64,000 bases of DNA, from the IMG/VR virus record IMGVR_UViG_3300005680_000007, positions 4,017 to 68,016 of that record, one strand, 5' to 3'. The notes below the pieces were generated by a model. The model had not been told where the DNA came from and did no database searches. It saw only the letters and a list, made by a program, of their open reading frames with translations. Below are positions 14,905-23,293 of this stretch, in pieces; within the stretch, counting starts at the first letter, position 1, and the number at the start of each line of letters is the position of its first letter. Source of the DNA: a virus. A program made the translations under genes and the position numbers.

Positions 14905-16157
14905 TGCTGGCGCTCCCGACCCCGGAGACGTTCTTGGACGGCCGCGTCACGCTGTGGTGCGGTGACGTGCGGGAGATGCTTGGCCGGTTGCCGAGCGACC
15001 ATTTCGATTGCGTGGTGACATCACCGCCGTATTGGGGCCTTCGCGATTACGGTGTCAGCGGCCAGCTTGGTCTCGAGCCGACGCTGGGCGAGCATCTGGC
15101 CGTCATGGTCGACGTGTTCCGCGAGGTCCGCCGCGTGCTGAAACCGACCGGCACGCTCTGGCTCAATTACGGCGACTGCTATGCGACGTCGCCGAACGGG
15201 CGCTCTGCGGCTGAAACAAAGGCTGCCGGCAACGACGACCGCACCTTTCGCGACAAGCCGTTCAGCACCATCGGCGGCGTTCTGAAAGCCAAAGACCTGT
15301 GCATGATCCCGAACCGTCTTGCAATCGCGCTGCAGGAGGACGGCTGGTGGGTGCGATCCGAGATCGTATGGGGCAAGCCGAACCCGATGCCGGACTCCAG
15401 CGGCAAATATCGCCCGAGTACGGCACACGAAAAAATCTTCCTCCTCACCAAAAGCGGCAAGAGTTTCTATGACGCGGAGGCCGTCGCGCTCCCTTGCAGC
15501 CCTAACACGCATGCCCGCATCTCTCAGGAAGTCGAGAAGCAGGTCGGGTCAGCGCGCGCGAACGGTGGCCGAAAGACCAACGGCAACATGAAAGCCGTAG
15601 TCCGCAAGCAGGACGGCCACGGGCGGCGCCACGATGGTTTCAACGAGCGTTATTTCGGCGGCAAGGTTGCGGAGGCTGGGTCCGGAATGCCTGTGGAGAC
15701 ACGGTATTTGCGCAACTACGAGCCAGCGTTCTTGCCCGCATGGGTGATCGGTACGTCGCCATTCTCAGAAGCGCACTTCGCCACGTTCCCGCCCGAACTC
15801 GCTGAGCGCTGCATCAACGCCGGCTGCCCTGCAGGCGGCGAAGTGCTCGATCCATTTGGCGGCGCCGGCACCACTGCCCTGGTCGCTGCTTCGCTTGGCC
15901 GCCGCGCGACCCTGATCGAACTCAATCCGGAATACTGCCGCCTCGCGCGCGCCAGGATCGAAAGCGCGTTCATGGGCAAGGGCGAGGGCGCTCGCCACAT
16001 GGCCGCCGCGCTCGGCAAGACGCAATCAGCCGAAAGCCTCCCGCTATTCGGCGCAAAAGAGGAGACCGCAAGTGCAGCCCGCGCAATCGGAATCCCCGCC
16101 CGCCACCCACAACCAGACCGTCGATGCCGACGCAATGGTGGTCGTCACGCTCTCTAA
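14901..16157 (+). CDS. Beta-class N4/N6 DNA methyltransferase
   Basis: 418 aa. Motif IV DCVVTSPPYWGLRDYG precedes motif I LDPFGGAGTTALVA. Also EIVWGKPNPMPDS. Target base and site not assignable by eye. Confidence 0.8.
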   Translation: MMLALPTPETFLDGRVTLWCGDVREMLGRLPSDHFDCVVTSPPYWGLRDYGVSGQLGLEPTLGEHLAVMVDVFREVRRVLKPTGTLWLNYGDCYATSPNGRSAAETKAAGNDDRTFRDKPFSTIGGVLKAKDLCMIPNRLAIALQEDGWWVRSEIVWGKPNPMPDSSGKYRPSTAHEKIFLLTKSGKSFYDAEAVALPCSPNTHARISQEVEKQVGSARANGGRKTNGNMKAVVRKQDGHGRRHDGFNERYFGGKVAEAGSGMPVETRYLRNYEPAFLPAWVIGTSPFSEAHFATFPPELAERCINAGCPAGGEVLDPFGGAGTTALVAASLGRRATLIELNPEYCRLARARIESAFMGKGEGARHMAAALGKTQSAESLPLFGAKEETASAARAIGIPARHPQPDRRCRRNGGRHAL

Positions 16158-16602
16158 AATCCGGAGAGCGCAGGAGGACAATGCCTCCGCGAACGGAACG
16201 CTCCGCAACGCTTTCGCGCAGGCCGAAAAGCGCGGGATCAATCTCCCGGCCGCGAAGCGCGCGCTCAAGATCCTCAAGTCCGACAACCGCGACGAGGCGG
16301 TGGAGGAAATCAAGCAAACCTTCTACTACCTTCGGGTGCTCGGTCAGGCGGTGCCAAAGAGCCAGCTTGACCTGTTCGAGGTTGCCGGCGGTCCCGCACC
16401 GCTCGACGAGAAGGCCGCAGAAGACGGGCGCCGGGCCGGGCTGCTCGGCGATGCGGAATCCTGTCCCCACGATCTCAATACCGACGCCGGCAAGGCATGG
16501 CTCAACGCATTCCGTCAGGGCCGCGCCGAGCGCGACATCGTCATGGCGATGGCCGACGAGGACGAGGAATCGGCCGAAGCCGAGGACGCCGAGGGAGAAT
16601 GA
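16072..16602 (+). CDS. GapR/DUF2312-like domain protein with acidic tail
   Basis: 176 aa. GTG start after AAAGAGGAGA. AQAEKRGINLPAAKRALKILKSDNRDEAVEEIKQTFYYLRVLG resembles the GapR core as I remember it. Confidence 0.45.
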   Translation: MQPAQSESPPATHNQTVDADAMVVVTLSKIRRAQEDNASANGTLRNAFAQAEKRGINLPAAKRALKILKSDNRDEAVEEIKQTFYYLRVLGQAVPKSQLDLFEVAGGPAPLDEKAAEDGRRAGLLGDAESCPHDLNTDAGKAWLNAFRQGRAERDIVMAMADEDEESAEAEDAEGE

Positions 16603-17216
16603 CCGTCATCTGCGGACTGGATTCGGCCACGACAAGCGGCGCTGCGATCCTCCGCGGCGACCGGCTCGTTCATGCCGAATTCTTCCGCCCCAAGGGCAGT
16701 ACCGACGCGGAAATCTTCGCGGGTTTCCGCATCTGGTGGCGCGCGCTGTTGAAGGCCAACGAGGTCGAGGAAGTCGCGATCGAGGAGCCGCTTCGCACCG
16801 ACCTATCTATGAACGAAACCGAGGATCGGAGCGACGTGTTCGGTTCGTCCCGCTTCACCGTCAAGAAGCCGATCGGGACCATGCGGACGTTCCTGCGGCT
16901 CTACGGCATCCGCGCGCACGCGATCGAGGTTTGCCATTCGATCAATGTGCCGTGCCGGGAAGTGAACAATGCCACTTGGCGGTCCAAGATTTACGGGGGC
17001 CGACGGCCGCCGAGGGGCCTGAACTCTGCACAGCGCTCGGCCTGGTGGAAGCAGCAGGCGCTCAATCACTGCGCGCTGATCGGGTGGGACATCAAATCGA
17101 AGGACGCCGCCGAAGGCGCGATGATCGCGGAATATCTGCGCATCACGCTCAAGGAAGAGCGGCTGGGCTACTCGGCCCGTCCTGGGGAATTCAAATTCGG
17201 GGAGAGCGCGGCATGA
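16599..17216 (+). CDS. RuvC-like Holliday junction resolvase
   Basis: 205 aa from ATG 16599 (ATGA overlap). Motifs MTVICGLDSATTSG, VAIEEP and DAAEGAMIAEY. Confidence 0.6.
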   Translation: MTVICGLDSATTSGAAILRGDRLVHAEFFRPKGSTDAEIFAGFRIWWRALLKANEVEEVAIEEPLRTDLSMNETEDRSDVFGSSRFTVKKPIGTMRTFLRLYGIRAHAIEVCHSINVPCREVNNATWRSKIYGGRRPPRGLNSAQRSAWWKQQALNHCALIGWDIKSKDAAEGAMIAEYLRITLKEERLGYSARPGEFKFGESAA

Positions 17217-17752
17217 GCTTCGAGTGGAGTGACGTCCGGATCGAGCAATTGAAGGCCCTTTGGAGTGAAGGGCTTTCGGCGTCCAAGATCGCCGCTGAAA
17301 TGAGCGACCCGGTGCGGGGGATGGTGCTTTCCCGGAGCGCGATCATCGGCAAGGTGCATCGGCTCGGGCTGCCGGGGCGCGCACGGGCCCCCCGCCCGGC
17401 CGTGGTGCCGGAGCGGCCCCGCCGCGTCCCGGTGCGCGTCTCGGTGCAAGGGAAGGGAGCAATCCGCCTCCTCGATGCGAAATGCGAGCCGATCGAAATG
17501 CGGGAGGCCGATGCGGTCCCGCTCAATATCGGGCTGAGCGATCTGAACGGCACGACCTGCCGCTTCCCGTATGGCGACGAGGCACCATACCGGTTCTGCG
17601 GACATCCGCCGATCAAGGACTCGCCGTATTGTGCCGCGCACCATCACATCACGCACAACGAGCCGCCGCGCGAAATCTCGGATGAAGAATCCGCCAAGCG
17701 TTCCGCCGCGCAGAAGCGGTCATGGGCCACGCGCAAGACCGAGGCGGCATGA
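17213..17752 (+). CDS. gcrA: GcrA-family cell-cycle regulator homologue
   Basis: 179 aa. N-terminal MSFEWSDVRIEQLKALWSEGLSASKIAAEM...SRSAIIGKVHRLGL. C-terminal CRFPYGDEAPYRFCGHPPIKDSPYCAAHH. Confidence 0.8.
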   Translation: MSFEWSDVRIEQLKALWSEGLSASKIAAEMSDPVRGMVLSRSAIIGKVHRLGLPGRARAPRPAVVPERPRRVPVRVSVQGKGAIRLLDAKCEPIEMREADAVPLNIGLSDLNGTTCRFPYGDEAPYRFCGHPPIKDSPYCAAHHHITHNEPPREISDEESAKRSAAQKRSWATRKTEAA

Positions 17753-19152
17753 ACGCACCGCGCCGCATTGAGGACTTCCTGCCGGCCGACATTCAGATCG
17801 AGCAAGCCCTGCTCGGCCTGGTGTTGTTGAAGAACGACGCTTGGCTCGAGGCTTCCGAGATCGTCGAGGCGCAGCATTTTTCCGAGCATCTCCACCAGCG
17901 CATCTGGGAATTCATCAGCGCGAAACTCGATGCGGGGGAGAAGGTCACGCCGCTGACCATGGGCGCGGCGCTCGGGCCGGACGCCAAGGCCGAAATCATC
18001 CCCGGCGTGACAGTCTCGGAATATCTCGCCCGGCTCGTGTCCGAAAGCATTGCGGGCCTGACGCAGGCCGCAGAACTCGCCAAGACCATCCGCGACCTGT
18101 GGCGCCGCCGGCAGATCATCACGCTTGCCGCCGAGATGCAGCAGCGCGTGGCCGGCGGGTTGGGCGAGGCCGGCGTTGATGAATTGCTGGACGAACTCGA
18201 TCAGGAACTGAGCGCAATCCGGTTCGGCAAGGAAATCGCGGGGGTGGTCACGATCGGCGCAGCTGCGGAAGATGCGCTGAACGACACGGCCCGCGCCTAT
18301 CAGAGCGAGCAGCGGGTAGGCTTCGAGACGGGCCTGCCGACGCTGGACGAATTGATCGGGCCAATGATGCCGGGCGACCTGATCACGCTCGGCGGCCCGT
18401 CCGGAGCGGGGAAGTCGGCGCTCGCTGCGCAGATCCTTCGCCACAACGCGCAGGGGCTATTCCCGCAGCCGGGCTTCTTCCTGTCGATGGAAATGAGCGC
18501 GTCCGCGATCGTGCGCCGGGAATTGGCGGCCGATACCCGGATCACGATGCGCCAGCAGAAGACCGGGGACATCACGCAGGGGGAATACGAATACCTCCGC
18601 GACACCGTGAAGGCGATGAAGTCGATCCCGATCCATGTGGACGACAGCGGCCGGATGAAGGTCTCGCAGATCGTGAAGCGCCTGCGGGCGATGAAGAAGC
18701 GCCACAACATCGCACTGGCGGTGCTGGACAACATCCCCCTGATCGCGCCGGAGCGCGACCGCTGGACCGACATCGAGACCATCAAGCACGCGATGCCGAT
18801 CCTGAAAGACACGGCGAAGGAATTGGGAATTGCCCTGATCGCAATTGCGCAGGTGACTCGCGAGAGCATGAAGCGCACGACCTGGCGCATCCGGTCGAGC
18901 TCGATATTCGGCGGCGAGATCATCAAGCAATGCTCCGACATCATGGCCGGGGTGGTGCTGCCGTCGCAATGGCTGATCGAGAACGAGCCGGAAGGCGAGG
19001 GCACCAAGGCCCATGACAAGTGGCTGCGTGACACCGAGCAATGGCGCGGGAAGGCGGAATTGGCGGCGCTGAAGGTGCGCGACGACGCCAGCGGCAGCTA
19101 CCGGCGCTGCGATTTCGACGGCAAAACGGTGCGGTTCAGCGAGGAACGATGA
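17749..19152 (+). CDS. dnaB: DnaB-type replicative helicase
   Basis: 467 aa from ATG 17749. N-terminal IEQALLGLVLL, Walker A LGGPSGAGKSALA, then VLDNIPLI and QVTRESMK. Confidence 0.85.
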   Translation: MNAPRRIEDFLPADIQIEQALLGLVLLKNDAWLEASEIVEAQHFSEHLHQRIWEFISAKLDAGEKVTPLTMGAALGPDAKAEIIPGVTVSEYLARLVSESIAGLTQAAELAKTIRDLWRRRQIITLAAEMQQRVAGGLGEAGVDELLDELDQELSAIRFGKEIAGVVTIGAAAEDALNDTARAYQSEQRVGFETGLPTLDELIGPMMPGDLITLGGPSGAGKSALAAQILRHNAQGLFPQPGFFLSMEMSASAIVRRELAADTRITMRQQKTGDITQGEYEYLRDTVKAMKSIPIHVDDSGRMKVSQIVKRLRAMKKRHNIALAVLDNIPLIAPERDRWTDIETIKHAMPILKDTAKELGIALIAIAQVTRESMKRTTWRIRSSSIFGGEIIKQCSDIMAGVVLPSQWLIENEPEGEGTKAHDKWLRDTEQWRGKAELAALKVRDDASGSYRRCDFDGKTVRFSEER

Positions 19153-19565
19153 TGCCGAAGCGCATTCAGCGAAGCCAAGCCAAGGGCTGGAAGATGCCGC
19201 ACGGCGCGGTCTATGTCGGCCGCGGCTCCATATGGGGCAACCCGTTCAAGGTGGGGGAGCCATGCGGCGTATTCGACGGGAAAGACGGACGCGGTCTTGG
19301 TCTCATGGATCAAGTGGAAATTCTTGTGCCGATGCTGACGAGAGAGCAATGCGTCGAGTTTTACGGCGAAATGGTTAGAGGGTTTTTGCGCCCTGAGTTG
19401 TATCCAGCCGGCCATAACTGGCGGGCGGCTTTCGCTGGGAAAATGGGCGCGTGGCATCCTTCGGACGTCGCTCATACGGCGCTACGCGGGAGGGATTTGG
19501 CCTGTTGGTGCCGGCTCGATGAACCCTGCCACGCCGATGTTCTGCTGGAGATCGCGAACACATGA
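19149..19565 (+). CDS. DUF4326-like protein
   Basis: 138 aa. YVGRGSIWGNPF...LACWCRLDEPCHADVLLEI, a pattern I remember for DUF4326. Confidence 0.5.
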   Translation: MMPKRIQRSQAKGWKMPHGAVYVGRGSIWGNPFKVGEPCGVFDGKDGRGLGLMDQVEILVPMLTREQCVEFYGEMVRGFLRPELYPAGHNWRAAFAGKMGAWHPSDVAHTALRGRDLACWCRLDEPCHADVLLEIANT

Positions 19566-20278
19566 CTGCGCTTGCAACGAGGGACTTCACCATGACGCGC
19601 AACACCAAGATGCGTGGCGTTGCGTTGAAGGCGGTGCCGCCGAGCGCGCGGCCGAAGCTGATCGACATCGTGGTGGACAGCCCGACGGTCCCGGGGGCGG
19701 TGGAAAAGCTCAAGCGCGTCGTCGACACCATCGAGGCCATGCACCGCCGCAAGCAATTGGCCGAGGACAAGGATAAGGACCTCCGGGCCATGAACAACGA
19801 GCGGGCGTATCGGGCGGCAATGCGGCTGCGCAATGCCTACGACACAGTCCACGGCTCGATCGGCGGCTCCATGGACTTCGACCGGGTGCGGGGAGGGGGC
19901 GCGCTCGGTGCGCCGCCCGCGCTGCATTACCGGGAAGCCGCGGACGTGCTGATCGATAGCCGCAAGGCGCTGCTCGCCGTTCAGGAGCGGGTGCTGCAAT
20001 TCATCGTCTGCCAGGGCTACAGCGTTGAGGAGACAGCGCAGCGGGTGCGGCATTCGACCGAGCGGGCGGCGAAGGAAGAAATGGGCCGCGTTCTGCGCTC
20101 TGGTCTCGCCGCATTGGCGGATTTCTGGTTCGAGCCGGGGGACGTGAAGCGCAAGCTTGTGCGCCCCTATCACGCCCCGGACGTGGATCCCCGCTCATTC
20201 CGGTATTCGACCGAGCCGGGGACCATCAAGGCCGGCGGGACCGCGACGGCTACGCGCAATCGGGTGCAGAGGAATTAG
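19562..20278 (+). CDS. Putative HTH/sigma-region-4-like regulator
   Basis: 238 aa. C-terminal QERVLQFIVCQGYSVEETAQRVRHS. Last gene before the late region. Confidence 0.4.
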   Translation: MTALATRDFTMTRNTKMRGVALKAVPPSARPKLIDIVVDSPTVPGAVEKLKRVVDTIEAMHRRKQLAEDKDKDLRAMNNERAYRAAMRLRNAYDTVHGSIGGSMDFDRVRGGGALGAPPALHYREAADVLIDSRKALLAVQERVLQFIVCQGYSVEETAQRVRHSTERAAKEEMGRVLRSGLAALADFWFEPGDVKRKLVRPYHAPDVDPRSFRYSTEPGTIKAGGTATATRNRVQRN

Positions 20279-20559
20279 AAGTGCCCGAGACCCGAGGTCC
20301 GGACCCGATCCTTGGTGAATTCTTCCTCCGCGATGCGGGACAGGAGCCGCCACAAACTACGCTCAGAGGGCGTTAAATGCCCCCATTTCCGCTTGCGCTG
20401 CTCGGTTTCCCGGTAATAGGCGTCGGCCATCTTCGCGGCCACGGTATCGACAAGCGTTGGCATTGCGGCATCTCCAAAACGAAATGCCTCGTCGGGGAAT
20501 TGGCTATACGACCTTTGCGTGTGTGTCCAGATGGGGTGCGTTGACAATTGCGGGGTCAA
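20275..20559 (-). CDS. Counter-oriented small protein, function unknown
   Basis: 94-aa ORF (a 62-aa version from the internal MPTLVDTVAAK... is possible). Opposite to the flanking plus-strand genes. Confidence 0.4.
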   Translation of the reverse strand: MTPQLSTHPIWTHTQRSYSQFPDEAFRFGDAAMPTLVDTVAAKMADAYYRETEQRKRKWGHLTPSERSLWRLLSRIAEEEFTKDRVRTSGLGHF

Positions 20560-20744
20560 GCGGTTAATTCAGGTCAAATCGTGATTCGCGTCATTGCCCG
20601 CTCCGGCCCCGGCCGCGGCGGGTTTTTCGTTTCGCGGTCAATCCCTCCCCCCGAAGGCTCCTCGACCGCGGATCGGCCCGCGCCTCGTTCCCAGGTCCCC
20701 CTCTTGTGACGGGCGCGGGCCACCAATTCCAAGGGCATTGCGTG

Positions 20745-20963
20745 ATGGCGGACCGGGTCGAAGGGACCACCAAGTTCTATCTGGCGGACAAGGCCTACGG
20801 GTTTATCTCGCCCGACGGCGGCGGCGAGGACGTCTTCGTCCACCTGAAGGACCTGAAGGTTTCCGGAATCCGCGCGCTGGTGAAGGACCAGCGGGTGTCG
20901 TTCGAGATTGTCCCCGGCCGCGACGGCAAGCCCAAGGCAATTGGGGTGCAATTGCTCAAATGA
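20745..20963 (+). CDS. Cold-shock domain protein
   Basis: 72 aa from ATG 20745. GTTKFYLADKAYGFISPDGGGEDVFVH. Confidence 0.8.
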   Translation: MADRVEGTTKFYLADKAYGFISPDGGGEDVFVHLKDLKVSGIRALVKDQRVSFEIVPGRDGKPKAIGVQLLK

Positions 20964-21697
20964 CGCAATTGCAATTGCGCGGCAAATTGCTCATTTGCCT
21001 GCCCGCCTTCGGCCGCGTCGTGCAGGCCGACACCACCGCGAGCCTGGTGCGGCTCTCCGGATTGCTCGCGCTCAATGGAATTGAGCCGGTATTCACCACG
21101 CATTCCTACCCCAATATCGCCGATCTGCGTAACCAGATGCTGACGCTCTGGTACGACCGGATCACTGACGCCTCGCATTGCCTGATGGTCGATGCCGACA
21201 TGGCATTCGAGCCGGAATTGGTATTGGACATGCTCGCGCTCGACGAGCAATTGGTTGGCTGCCTGTATCCGAAGAAGACCTATCCGATCTCGTATGCCGG
21301 CCGGCTGCTGGATGAGGCGCCGACGGCGCGCGATGGCTTCCTGGAGGTCTTGTCGATCGGCTTCGGCGTCACCCTGATCCGCAGGGATTGCGTGGACGCC
21401 ATGCTGGCGAGCGGCGCGGCCGCCTCCGATCCCAGGATCGACGCCTTCACCTACGGCCCGATGCTCCGGCAATGGGGCGTGTCCCGCCTGATCCGGGCCT
21501 TCGACGAGATCGAGACCGAACAGGGCCGGATGACCGAGGATTATGCCTTCTGCAAGCGTCACCGGGACAGCGGCGGCAAGGTCTTCGCGGCCGCGCACCA
21601 CCGCATCACCCATGTCGGGCCGCACGGGTATTCCGGATGTTTCGCCGAGACAGCCCAGACCCAACCGGCGCCCTTCTCGTTCCAATGGACCGCGTGA
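20960..21697 (+). CDS. GT-A-type glycosyltransferase (putative)
   Basis: 245 aa from ATG 20960 (ATGA overlap). CLMVDADMAF (DxD) and MTEDYAFCKRHRDSGGKVF. Confidence 0.5.
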   Translation: MTQLQLRGKLLICLPAFGRVVQADTTASLVRLSGLLALNGIEPVFTTHSYPNIADLRNQMLTLWYDRITDASHCLMVDADMAFEPELVLDMLALDEQLVGCLYPKKTYPISYAGRLLDEAPTARDGFLEVLSIGFGVTLIRRDCVDAMLASGAAASDPRIDAFTYGPMLRQWGVSRLIRAFDEIETEQGRMTEDYAFCKRHRDSGGKVFAAAHHRITHVGPHGYSGCFAETAQTQPAPFSFQWTA

Positions 21698-21930
21698 TGA
21701 TACACGTGAGCAAAGAGGGCGAGGAAACTCGCCGCGGCCTCAACATTCGTTCCGTCTCGGATGGCGGTTACGAAGCCATCCTGTACGTCTGGCGACTGAG
21801 CGTCTATTTCCGGAAGCGCGGTGCCAGCAATCCAAGGCGGCCTCGGTTCATCCTCGATTGGCATTGGGGGAAGACCTGGGCCGAGCGGCAGGCCGAACAC
21901 AAGCAGTTCATGGCGCTCGGACGGAAATGA
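21697..21930 (+). CDS. Hypothetical small protein
   Basis: 77 aa from ATG 21697. Confidence 0.45.
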   Translation: MIHVSKEGEETRRGLNIRSVSDGGYEAILYVWRLSVYFRKRGASNPRRPRFILDWHWGKTWAERQAEHKQFMALGRK

Positions 21931-22232
21931 TGCCCGGCTACATCGTGCGCAAGGACGGCGTGCAGGAAGTGCGCTCAGTCGAGTTCTCCCAAGTGAACGA
22001 TCCGAAGTCGTTCGACGCGGATGTGGCTGTCGGCCCAATGGAAATCCTCGCGAGCCTTGAAAAGCAGGTTATCGACATCTACCGAGAGCCGCTGTCTCCG
22101 GCTGAGAGCAAACTGGTCAATGCGCTGGCGGTGCTGATTGCTGTTGTCCGGCACATTCACGGGCCGCAGCCCGGCGACCGCAAAGGGCCTGATGCTGTTG
22201 ACCTATCAGGTAAGACCTATACCGTTCGCTAA
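21927..22232 (+). CDS. Hypothetical protein
   Basis: 101 aa from ATG 21927 (ATGA overlap). Confidence 0.5.
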   Translation: MMPGYIVRKDGVQEVRSVEFSQVNDPKSFDADVAVGPMEILASLEKQVIDIYREPLSPAESKLVNALAVLIAVVRHIHGPQPGDRKGPDAVDLSGKTYTVR

Positions 22233-22897
22233 TGCCTGTCCTCTCCAATGGCCGCCACGAGCAAATCGACCTGCAACTGCTCCCGAAATCCAAGAGGGAG
22301 GCGCGCGCTATAGGCAGCAAGTTTTTCTTTACGGGCGTAGCCTGCAAATACGGGCATCTGGCTCACCGGTATGCGACGACGGGGCATTGCAAAGTTTGCT
22401 CAGTAGAGCGCGTTAAACAGTGGTGGGCGGCTCAAGGGCCCGGAGCAAAGAAGGAAAACTGGCGAGAGTGGGCGCGAGACAACGCAGACCACCGCAATGC
22501 CTATAAGCGCGCTCGCAAAGCCAAGCCAAATCCAGAGACGCGATCCGCGTGGAAGGACCAGAACAGGGAAAAGCTCCGGGCTTCTGGACGCCGACATTAC
22601 CGCGAGAACAAGGAATATCATCTCGCCAAGGGCCGCAATCGCAAAGCGAGGCAAAAGGGTGCTGCCGGTTCTCACTCCCGGGAGGATGTGGCTCGCATCC
22701 TAGCGAAGCAGAGCGGAAAGTGCGCCTATTGCAAGGTTGGGCTGCGCGGCAAGTACCACGTCGACCACGTAATGCCGCTGGCGCTGGGCGGCAGCAATTT
22801 TCCGCAGAACCTGCAGGTTCTTTGCCAGCCGTGCAACTTGGCAAAAAGCTACAAGCACCCGACCGAGTTCGCGCGGCGTCGGGGCATGTTGCTCTGA
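22232..22897 (+). CDS. HNH endonuclease (terminase-associated position)
   Basis: 221 aa. CAYCKVGLRGKYHVDHVMPLALGGSNFPQNLQVLCQPCNLAKS. Directly upstream of the terminase genes. Confidence 0.8.
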   Translation: MPVLSNGRHEQIDLQLLPKSKREARAIGSKFFFTGVACKYGHLAHRYATTGHCKVCSVERVKQWWAAQGPGAKKENWREWARDNADHRNAYKRARKAKPNPETRSAWKDQNREKLRASGRRHYRENKEYHLAKGRNRKARQKGAAGSHSREDVARILAKQSGKCAYCKVGLRGKYHVDHVMPLALGGSNFPQNLQVLCQPCNLAKSYKHPTEFARRRGMLL

Positions 22898-22918
22898 TAG
22901 ACATTCAAACCAAATCAA

Positions 22919-23293
22919 ATGGCCCGCGGCGGCAAGAGGGAAGGCGCTGGGCGTAAGCCAGGCGCGGTCAACAAAGCCACTAAAGAGGCTAACGCCACCA
23001 TCGGGCAATTGGCGCGCGGCCATACGGCTTTGGCGCTGGCCACGCTTGTGAGGATCGCCAGTAAGAGCGAGAGCGATGCGGCGGCAAAATCAGCTGCCGA
23101 TTCGATCTTGGATCGAGCGTGGGGCCGACCTGTGCAGAGCATGGAACACACGGGTGCCGGTGGCGGTCCTATCAAGCACGATTTGAGCGCGTTGCCGGAT
23201 GACCAGCTTAGCCAACTCCGAACAATCCTTGGATCACTTGCCCAGCTTGGCGGAGGTCGAGGCGGAAATACGGAGAAGGGAGACAAGTCGTAA
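22919..23293 (+). CDS. terS: Terminase small subunit (putative)
   Basis: 124 aa. Basic N-terminus MARGGKREGAGRKPGAVNKATKE. Position immediately before TerL. Confidence 0.45.
   Translation: MARGGKREGAGRKPGAVNKATKEANATIGQLARGHTALALATLVRIASKSESDAAAKSAADSILDRAWGRPVQSMEHTGAGGGPIKHDLSALPDDQLSQLRTILGSLAQLGGGRGGNTEKGDKS

Noticed and set aside
14901-16157. Calling the beta-class MTase a CcrM (GANTC) orthologue
   Set aside because: The class and motif order fit, but the SPPY motif and divergent target-recognition region do not allow a specificity call by eye. It is kept as a generic N4/N6 MTase.
23199-23293. Programmed frameshift joining terS and terL across their 95-nt overlap
   Set aside because: I saw no slippery heptamer. 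An unannotated downstream start for terL, or simple overlap, explains it.
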